This document shows positions 28,329 to 34,960 of a stretch of 41,124 bases of DNA, one piece after another. The translations under genes were made by a program, and so were the position numbers. Under the pieces are notes generated by a model, which worked only from the letters and a program-made list of their open reading frames with translations, was not told the origin of the DNA and ran no database searches. How positions within the stretch are numbered: position 1 is the stretch's first letter; each line of letters begins with the position of its first letter. Source of the DNA: a virus (Duplodnaviria > Caudoviricetes); the IMG/VR virus record IMGVR_UViG_3300032216_000564, positions 1 through 41,124 of that record, one strand, 5' to 3'.

Positions 28329-28538
28329 TTAGAAACTCCTTTGCTCAAAGCATTCAAGGTGCGACTTAATATAGAAGTTAGGTCTAATCTCTTCATACAA
28401 TTCTCCCTGCACACACTTGAGGTTCATCTTATACTTATCATGTAGGTGCGTGTATTTCATAACTGCCCATGTAAATGTAATCCCTACAATAAGCCCCACT
28501 AACATATACCCTGTGCCTTCATATTGTTTAGAGTCCAC
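28329..28538 (-). CDS. Small protein with N-terminal TM helix
   Basis: 69 aa; GYMLVGLIVGITFTWAVM. Confidence 0.6.
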   Translation of the reverse strand: MDSKQYEGTGYMLVGLIVGITFTWAVMKYTHLHDKYKMNLKCVQGELYEEIRPNFYIKSHLECFEQRSF

Positions 28539-28776
28539 TTTCAGCCTCCACTAATCGTTTAGCATTATAGTTCTTACGAACCTTAGCATTTTTATGCATG
28601 TATTTTGCATACTCTTTATCTCCCATGTAGTAAGCAAGCAAAGTTCTAAACGCTTGGCTTATCTCATAAAAGTTTGGCTCGTCGGGAAAGTTAAGGTTTA
28701 CTTGATACCCACTTTTTAATGCCTCTACCAATACTTCATCTGCTTGGTCATCATTTAAATCAATTAACACTTGCAT
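28528..28776 (-). CDS. Hypothetical protein
   Basis: 82 aa with a GAGGAG RBS. Confidence 0.65.
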   Translation of the reverse strand: MQVLIDLNDDQADEVLVEALKSGYQVNLNFPDEPNFYEISQAFRTLLAYYMGDKEYAKYMHKNAKVRKNYNAKRLVEAESGL

Positions 28777-29146
28777 ATTTTCTCTCCTCTTGTTTATAAA
28801 AAATTAAGTTAGACCATTTCACTACAGGTGCTAGTCCAACCCATGACTTCGGTTTCTTGATACTTGTATCGTGGAAGTTCGTTGCACCATAGCTATAGTC
28901 TACCTCTAGCCTATGCAATACACGATACGCTATATCAAAGTAATGTTGTTTAATTACCGAAGGTGGTTGCGTATTCCCATACCAACTGAATTGATAGGGT
29001 CGCTTCATTTCTATACACACATTCTTTTTGTTAAAGTCGGCTCGCCTCATTAATACATAGCCCACTGCTACTTGTGCCTGATGTGGCTCATGAGCAGACT
29101 CCATGTATATGGTCGTGGCGAGACAAAGTAAAGCTTGGTCAATCAT
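28760..29146 (-). CDS. SleB/Hydrolase_2-family cell wall hydrolase (lytic transglycosylase)
   Basis: CLATTIYMES (catalytic Glu), AVGYVLMRR, YQFSW, GATNFH and LIFYK. AAGGAGG RBS. Confidence 0.8.
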   Translation of the reverse strand: MIDQALLCLATTIYMESAHEPHQAQVAVGYVLMRRADFNKKNVCIEMKRPYQFSWYGNTQPPSVIKQHYFDIAYRVLHRLEVDYSYGATNFHDTSIKKPKSWVGLAPVVKWSNLIFYKQEERKYASVN

Positions 29147-29256
29147 ACTGACCTCCTTTATTTATGTTTATACGAGTTTAGTTTAGTCTGTGAAAAGACT
29201 TAGAATGTGACGATGCTCACGATGATATTGATTTGTTTCATATTTTTCTCCTTTGA

Positions 29257-29502
29257 TTAGTCTTCGCAACTGCCATTGATACAGGCATTGTTGTTTAAGA
29301 TTTCTTCTTCTAGCGAGGCGAGAGCCTCTTGTCTCTCAATGTCTAGTGCTTTGTCATTGAGTTCTACATACATATCTGATGTATATGGTTCATACCTTAC
29401 CACCAAATTTGCGTCAGCACAAGCATTTATATAGTCATCAAACAAAAACCTTGACACACTATCCGAGTTAATACTTAAAACTATTGTTATCTTATTGCTC
29501 AT
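29257..29502 (-). CDS. Hypothetical acidic protein
   Basis: 81 aa ending ACINGSCED. Confidence 0.6.
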   Translation of the reverse strand: MSNKITIVLSINSDSVSRFLFDDYINACADANLVVRYEPYTSDMYVELNDKALDIERQEALASLEEEILNNNACINGSCED

Positions 29503-29821
29503 TTTTTATCCCCCTATCTGGTCGTCTATTATAATGCTTCCTCTCGGTAAGCGATACATCTTCACATTTCAAGCACTCGATACATGCCTTGTCTATGAGT
29601 AAGTCAACATAGTGTCTCTCACAATACAAGTTATATCTGAACCTATCTAACTCCATGACTGCATAGTCGATCAGTCTACGTTCTGTTTCCCAAGGTTTTG
29701 TGCCTGAGATTTGTTTGTGCATACCCAACCACTCGTTGTCACTAAAGTTATCTAGCATACTTTTAACCCTATACGACTTTAACTGCGTGGTGACATACTC
29801 TTTTACTTGGTCAATGTTCAT
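29492..29821 (-). CDS. Hypothetical protein
   Basis: Start MNIDQVKE at 29821 by ATGA coupling. Confidence 0.6.
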   Translation of the reverse strand: MNIDQVKEYVTTQLKSYRVKSMLDNFSDNEWLGMHKQISGTKPWETERRLIDYAVMELDRFRYNLYCERHYVDLLIDKACIECLKCEDVSLTERKHYNRRPDRGIKNEQ

Positions 29822-29973
29822 CTTATTACCATAACTAAAAGTAAAAAGATATTGATACCGAAAGATACAATTGCACATATCCTTAGTCGTCTGTGATGCT
29901 CTCTGTTTATCGGTGTGTATTCACTCATATAAATCTCACGTTCATAGTTCTTGTATATCGGTTTTGTTTTCAT
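29818..29973 (-). CDS. Small protein with C-terminal TM helix (51 aa, not in ORF track)
   Basis: MKTKPIYKNYEREIYMSEYTPINREHHRRLRICAIVSFGINIFLLLVMVIR, with an AAGGAG RBS and ATGA overlaps at both ends. Confidence 0.6.
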   Translation of the reverse strand: MKTKPIYKNYEREIYMSEYTPINREHHRRLRICAIVSFGINIFLLLVMVIR

Positions 29974-30140
29974 TTTATTTCTCCTTTTTTAATTAATTCT
30001 ATTGCTTCTTCTTGATACTCTAATATAGTGTCGGTGTCTGCCCACTGAACAAGCATTTCTAAGTGCATGCCATAGGCTTCTTCATCACCTTTAGCTTCAG
30101 CTAACATTGCTTTACCTAAATGTTCTACTATCGGGTTCAT
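29970..30140 (-). CDS. Hypothetical protein
   Basis: Start MNPIVEH at 30140 by ATGA coupling. Confidence 0.6.
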   Translation of the reverse strand: MNPIVEHLGKAMLAEAKGDEEAYGMHLEMLVQWADTDTILEYQEEAIELIKKGEIK

Positions 30141-30286
30141 TTGATTTCCTTCCATGATTTAAAGACATTAGTATTTTTTGATACGATTGTCGCCTGACCT
30201 TTGCTATACCCTACACGATAGGCAACATAACAACCATAAGCCAACAACAATAACATTTGCAAAAAGATATAAGTAATATCACTCAT
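30137..30286 (-). CDS. Small membrane protein (49 aa, not in ORF track)
   Basis: MSDITYIFLQMLLLLAYGCYVAYRVGYSKGQATIVSKNTNVFKSWKEIK, with a GAGG RBS. Confidence 0.55.
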   Translation of the reverse strand: MSDITYIFLQMLLLLAYGCYVAYRVGYSKGQATIVSKNTNVFKSWKEIK

Positions 30287-30381
30287 TTTGAGTCCTCTCT
30301 ATCAAACCAAATTAATAAAATGTAACCTGCCAATAGTCCTATACAGGCACCAATAATATACCAATCATAAATACTAAACAT
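30283..30381 (-). CDS. Small membrane peptide (32 aa, not in ORF track)
   Basis: MFSIYDWYIIGACIGLLAGYILLIWFDREDSK, with a GGGAGG RBS. First ORF after the promoter at 30492-30520. Confidence 0.55.
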   Translation of the reverse strand: MFSIYDWYIIGACIGLLAGYILLIWFDREDSK

Positions 30382-30396
30382 AAACCCTCCCTTAAA

Positions 30397-30430
30397 TGTG
30401 AAAACCTAACGATTGCGTGAGGTATTCACA
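30397..30430. repeat. 34-bp imperfect palindrome, copy 3
   Basis: TGTGAAAACCTAACGATTGCGTGAGGTATTCACA. Confidence 0.9.
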
Positions 30431-30491
30431 AAGTTAACAATGTCTACTTATACACACTACTTTAATGCGTAATATCCCACGCATGAATAAT

Positions 30492-30520
30492 ATTATACCA
30501 CGCAAAGCTTACATTGTCAA
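30492..30520 (-). promoter_or_regulatory. Consensus sigma70 promoter with extended -10
   Basis: TTGACA-17 nt-TATAAT on the - strand, with TGn. Confidence 0.9.
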
Positions 30521-30620
30521 GCAATTGGAATTCCCTTTTTAAGAGTTTCCTCCCCGACTACTCACGAACGAACGGTCATTTTTTTATCACCTATAAATAC
30601 AACGATAGGTGATTGGTTTT

Positions 30621-30654
30621 AGTGAATTGTTCACGATAGCATTAGGAATTCACA
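30621..30654. repeat. 34-bp imperfect palindrome, copy 4 (degenerate)
   Basis: AGTGAATTGTTCACGATAGCATTAGGAATTCACA. Confidence 0.7.
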
Positions 30655-30679
30655 TTGTCTAGTTTTGAGTGGGGAATTG

Positions 30680-31205
30680 ACATTGTAGCGTAATTTTATT
30701 AAGTGCTTGATTTTATTGATTTTAGAGAGTGGACTTTGTTAACTTTGTGGGTATAAAATTACACGATAAGTCTTTGATTATAAAGTAAAATTACAAGGGT
30801 GTTTACTTTGTCAAGTATAAAATTACAAGCTAAGTCATTGATTATTCAGTAATAATACAAAATTACATCAAAAACGGCATTGCGCGAGGCTGGGGAACGA
30901 AGGCAAGAAAAAATAAAAACAGGTTAGCCACAAAGTTAAAATAGTAAAAACAAATTTTCCAGACGGGGAATAATTTTTTAGCGTGTAATTTTGTAATTTT
31001 ATAAAAACTATATATAAATCAATCACTTGCCTTTTTATGCTCAATTTCCTAAGTCATTGATTATACAGTAAAATTACACTAGGTAGACAAAGTCAAGTGG
31101 GTTAAGTCATTGATTATTATATTTAATTACATACCCTTGTAATTTTATAAGATAGGCGTGTAATTTTATAACACCTATAAACATGTAGCCACGAAGTTAA
31201 CTTAG
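30680..31205. other. Repeat-rich non-coding locus, putative replication origin
   Basis: Six WATCAANNNNTTR matches, about ten AAATTACA repeats in both orientations, very AT-rich, and no ORF in the track. Confidence 0.55.
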
Positions 31206-31272
31206 TTCTCACTTACTATCCTCGCCTACTTTTTTTATACGGTCATAATTCGGTCGCCACAAAATTTGGGCG

Positions 31273-31308
31273 AAAAAAAAGGCGCGAACCTTTTACAGTT
31301 CGCGCCTT
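31273..31308 (-). terminator. Intrinsic terminator
   Basis: GGCGCGAAC-8 nt loop-GTTCGCGCC followed by 8 T on the - strand, ~20 nt after the stop of 31326..31988. Confidence 0.9.
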
Positions 31309-31325
31309 AATTATTTATTACTTAG

Positions 31326-31988
31326 TTAACTTTGTGATGCTTTGAAGTCAATCTCATATTGTGCTAGATTGGTTTCAAGGTACAGCGCAAAATCAGGTTG
31401 ATCTTTTACAATTGATTTCATTTTGTCCATGAAACGCTTAGTAAATGCGCTTTGTGCTTCTTTGGCTTGTTTAGTACTTGCGCTTTGTGCCTTTGTTTGC
31501 TTTTTAAGTATGACTTGTGAAACCTCTTTGAATTGATCAATACTTGCTTTGTCAGTTTTACCAATTAATTGGCTTAATGACTTGCTAAGATTTTCAATGC
31601 TTTGATGTTCATACTTCTTTTCAAGGGCTTGTGCCTTAGCTGACTTAATTAAGGCAGTTCGTTCTTGTGACTTAGGCTTTTCAATACCCTGCCCTTTTAA
31701 AATCTTAGTAATTTCACTAAGATAGTTCTTAGCAGTAGAAGGCAGTATTTTCTTAGCATTGACTAGCCTATTTTCAATTTCTGCATAGACTGACTTCCAT
31801 ACTTCAATTGATACATCTTCACCTAATAATGCACTTACAATCTTTGAACCCTTGTGAATAAGTTCAGCTTTCTTAAGTTCTGCGCCGTTGGCTTGTGCCA
31901 ATAAGTTAACGGCTTTGTCTACCTCTACTAATTGAACAGCACTTAATACTATTACAGCAGTGTTAACTTCTTTGTTTATTTGTGACAT
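31326..31988 (-). CDS. Hypothetical monocistronic early protein (220 aa, helical, Lys/Ala-rich)
   Basis: Has its own consensus promoter, 34-bp element, GAGG RBS and terminator. Confidence 0.75.
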   Translation of the reverse strand: MSQINKEVNTAVIVLSAVQLVEVDKAVNLLAQANGAELKKAELIHKGSKIVSALLGEDVSIEVWKSVYAEIENRLVNAKKILPSTAKNYLSEITKILKGQGIEKPKSQERTALIKSAKAQALEKKYEHQSIENLSKSLSQLIGKTDKASIDQFKEVSQVILKKQTKAQSASTKQAKEAQSAFTKRFMDKMKSIVKDQPDFALYLETNLAQYEIDFKASQS

Positions 31989-32020
31989 ATTATTACCTCA
32001 TATAGTTAAGTTAAAAGACT

Positions 32021-32054
32021 TGTGAATAGTTCACGATTGAGTTAGCTATTCACA
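32021..32054. repeat. 34-bp imperfect palindrome, copy 5
   Basis: TGTGAATAGTTCACGATTGAGTTAGCTATTCACA. Confidence 0.85.
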
Positions 32055-32088
32055 AAATGAATTAATGAAATCATCAATTCATAACAGC

Positions 32089-32117
32089 ATTATAGCACGA
32101 AGTCTGGACAATGTCAA
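32089..32117 (-). promoter_or_regulatory. Consensus sigma70 promoter with extended -10
   Basis: TTGACA-17 nt-TATAAT on the - strand, with TGn. Confidence 0.9.
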
Positions 32118-32377
32118 GTTTAATGACCCACCATACCCCCATGACCCCAATATATAATAAGGTACACGCAGGCGCGCGTACAGTGAACTTTGCATAAACG
32201 ATATGATATTATTTAAAAATGGGTGGATTCGGTTAAGTCGACTTCAGAGGATATAGTAAGTTTGGGTTTTTCGACTTTCTACCAGACATGCAATAACTAT
32301 CAAATCTGCGGACCCACCCCCTATTAAAAGAAAAGGGTATATCAAAAAAATTTTTATAAAAAATTTAAAAAAACGGG

Positions 32378-32722
32378 TTAGATTGCTTTAGGGTCGAAGT
32401 TGTATAACTCGGAGTAGACTGCTTTAATACGGAGGAATTTATCACCATGCAAATGGAAGTCATCATCACCCCGAACATATAGAGCTAGATGCACCATCTC
32501 ATGGAGAAGAGTCTGAAATATAGTGGTGAAATGACCACATGCATTAGAACTTATTTGAATTTCCATCTCTTCTTCGTCAAAGCAACCATAGATATCAGGA
32601 TTCTTTATGACTTTGAACTTAACTTTATGAGACTTAGGCATAGGAAGTTTATCGAAAGGCGCCATCTGGCATGCCATGTTATAGAGTATCTCTAAATTCT
32701 TTTTTGTTAGAGTGGTTTTCAT
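32378..32722 (-). CDS. SprT-like zinc metallopeptidase
   Basis: YGCF...IQIS...TLLHEMVHL...HGDKF matches the SprT pattern. Confidence 0.75.
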   Translation of the reverse strand: MKTTLTKKNLEILYNMACQMAPFDKLPMPKSHKVKFKVIKNPDIYGCFDEEEMEIQISSNACGHFTTIFQTLLHEMVHLALYVRGDDDFHLHGDKFLRIKAVYSELYNFDPKAI

Positions 32723-32745
32723 AACTCATTGTATCAAAAAAGCGC

Positions 32746-32774
32746 TTGATTAATATAACAAATTCATATATATT
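32746..32774 (+). promoter_or_regulatory. Possible promoter of the packaging/head operon
   Basis: TTGATT-17 nt-TATATT in the divergent intergenic gap. The region is AT-rich, so this could be chance. Confidence 0.35.
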
Positions 32775-32823
32775 GGCCGCAATAGCTGCAAATAAATTTC
32801 TAGGATGTAAACAGCGACATTTT

Positions 32824-33408
32824 ATGGCATTAAAAATCATACCAGACACTAATAAACCACTGCCTGATGACTTTGAGGCAGAAGAACCTACTACATTTGA
32901 TGGAAAAGTTAAGGTTGTGGCCGCAACTGCTAAAGTTTTAGTAGAAGGCGGTGCTGAAATCCCCGTTTCATCACAAGAAAAACAGGAAGCTGCTGATTTA
33001 TTTAAACAATTTACTGATCCTGAAGCTAAAAATACATTAAATGCATCAGTTAATAAGGCATTAGCTACTCCGGCTACAGTTCAACATCTATTTATGATGT
33101 TATCGGACTATGATCATCAAGTTGTACAAGAAGCCGTCCAGTTGAGACGGTTTGTTACAAATAAACTTATAGAAGATGCAGGACTATCAGATCCAAGACA
33201 CAGATTAAAAGCATTAGAGCTACTTGGTAAGATTAGTGATGTAGGTTTATTCTCTGAAAAAACAGAAATTACAGTTAAGAATTTAAGCCAAGAAGATTTA
33301 CAAGCTCAAATTAAAAATAAACTATTTAAAATTCTTGGTAAGACAGCAGCTATCGATACATCATTTGAAATTATCGATGCCGTTAATGTAACAGAATCAA
33401 AAGAATAA
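32824..33408 (+). CDS. terS: Putative terminase small subunit
   Basis: RLKALELLGKISDVGLFSEKTEIT motif, directly upstream of the large terminase. Likely start MALKIIP at 32824. Confidence 0.65.
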   Translation: MALKIIPDTNKPLPDDFEAEEPTTFDGKVKVVAATAKVLVEGGAEIPVSSQEKQEAADLFKQFTDPEAKNTLNASVNKALATPATVQHLFMMLSDYDHQVVQEAVQLRRFVTNKLIEDAGLSDPRHRLKALELLGKISDVGLFSEKTEITVKNLSQEDLQAQIKNKLFKILGKTAAIDTSFEIIDAVNVTESKE

Positions 33409-33409
33409 T

Positions 33410-34951
33410 ATGCCTATAGATATAGCAGGCATCACTGATGCTGATTTAGATACAGCGTTAGCTAACATAAGTGTATTGCCTCCGCATGAACAACAACAGT
33501 TACTTGCAGAGTTAAATGAGTTAGAAAAAACTCAATCTATTGAAAAAAGACAAGAAACATTTTTAGAATTTATTGATCATGTATACCCAGGATATAAAGT
33601 AGGGAATCATCATAGAAGACTTGCAAAAATATTTGAAGCTATTGCCAACGGAGAAAAGAAAAGAGTTATTGTCAATATTGCGCCGCGACACGGGAAGTCT
33701 GAGCTTATCTCATATCTCGCACCTGCTTGGTTTTTGGGAAAGTATCCTCATAAAAAAATTATTATGGCGTCTCATACCGCTGATCTTGCTGTTAACTTTG
33801 GTAGGCGCGTTCGTAACTTGGTTGGTAGTGATGCTTATAAAGATGTATTTCCTAACGTAGAACTTCAAGCAGATAGTAAATCAGCATCTCGTTGGGGTAC
33901 AAATCATAATGGAGAATATTTTGCTATTGGTGTTGGTGGTGCCCTCGCTGGTCGCGGGGCTGATTTGTTTATCATTGATGATCCACATTCCGAGCAAGAC
34001 GCCAAATTGGGACGAGCGGATGTTTTTCTGCCTGCTTGGGAGTGGTTTCAGTCTGGTCCAATTCAACGTCTTATGCCTGGCGGTGCGATCATTGTAGTCA
34101 TGACTAGGTGGTCTAAGCTAGACTTGACCGGCCAAATAGTTAACCAAATGATAAAGCAAGACGGAGTTGACGATTGGGAAGTTGTTGAATTTCCAGCAAT
34201 TATTGAAAACAAAGCAGGCGAAGAAGAAAGTCTTTGGCCTGAGTTTTGGCCACTTGAAGAATTACAGGCAAAGAAAGCAGCACTAGATGTACGATACTGG
34301 AATGCTCAATACTTACAAAACCCAGTCTCAGAAGAAGGTGCTCTTATCAAGCGCGAGTGGTGGAAGATATGGGAGGACGAAGTTCCACCAAGTTGTGAGT
34401 TTACAATCATGTCTCTTGATGCTGCACAAGAAGCTAATACGAGAGCGGATTATAATTCGTTAACTACGTGGGGTGTCTTTTTTAACGAAGAGACCAATAA
34501 TTATAATATAATACTATTAAATGCTATAAAGCAAAGATTAGAGTTTCCTGAACTAAAAGAACTTGTTTTAGAAGAGTATAAGGAATGGGAACCCGACGCA
34601 CTCATAGTAGAAAAGAAATCTAACGGAGCCGCTCTCTATCAGGAAATGAGGAGGATGGGTATTCCGCTAGGAGAATTTACACCTGGAAAAGGTCAAGATA
34701 AGATTAGCCGCGTTAACTCCGTGGCAGATCTCTTCAGATCTGGTATAGTGTGGGCTCCGGATAGAAGGTGGGCACACGAACTGATTGAGGAATGTAATGA
34801 CTTCCCATCAGGTGCTAACGATGACCAAGTGGATAGCACTACAATGGCGTTGATGAGATTTAGACAAGGTGGGTTCATTAGATTACCTAATGATGAACCT
34901 GAAGATATACCAGGGTTCAGAAGTTCTAGGAATAAGTTGTATTTAGTTTAA
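33410..34951 (+). CDS. terL: Terminase large subunit
   Basis: Walker A APRHGKS, Walker B IIDDPH, MTRW, and nuclease residues SLDAA and DDQVDSTT. Confidence 0.93.
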   Translation: MPIDIAGITDADLDTALANISVLPPHEQQQLLAELNELEKTQSIEKRQETFLEFIDHVYPGYKVGNHHRRLAKIFEAIANGEKKRVIVNIAPRHGKSELISYLAPAWFLGKYPHKKIIMASHTADLAVNFGRRVRNLVGSDAYKDVFPNVELQADSKSASRWGTNHNGEYFAIGVGGALAGRGADLFIIDDPHSEQDAKLGRADVFLPAWEWFQSGPIQRLMPGGAIIVVMTRWSKLDLTGQIVNQMIKQDGVDDWEVVEFPAIIENKAGEEESLWPEFWPLEELQAKKAALDVRYWNAQYLQNPVSEEGALIKREWWKIWEDEVPPSCEFTIMSLDAAQEANTRADYNSLTTWGVFFNEETNNYNIILLNAIKQRLEFPELKELVLEEYKEWEPDALIVEKKSNGAALYQEMRRMGIPLGEFTPGKGQDKISRVNSVADLFRSGIVWAPDRRWAHELIEECNDFPSGANDDQVDSTTMALMRFRQGGFIRLPNDEPEDIPGFRSSRNKLYLV

Positions 34952-34960
34952 GGATAAATT

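Noticed and set aside
29206-29221. CRP-like site TGTGA-N6-TCACG
   Set aside because: A single 9/10 match with no associated promoter. The 34-bp elements have N5 spacing, which does not fit CRP.
30586-30613. ATCACCTAT/ATAGGTGAT hairpin as a terminator
   Set aside because: The stem is AT-rich, and the T-run lies on the wrong side for the leftward transcription of this region. Function unsupported.
23606-32054. 34-bp repeats as a CRISPR array or integron attC sites
   Set aside because: Copies are 0.2-3.7 kb apart with no spacer periodicity. There is no consistent RYYYAAC/GTTRRRY pair and no cas operon or integron integrase.
32121-32370. tRNA gene in the intergenic region
   Set aside because: No cloverleaf with a T-loop GTTCRA and D-loop signature was found by eye. 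tRNAscan/ARAGORN would be decisive.
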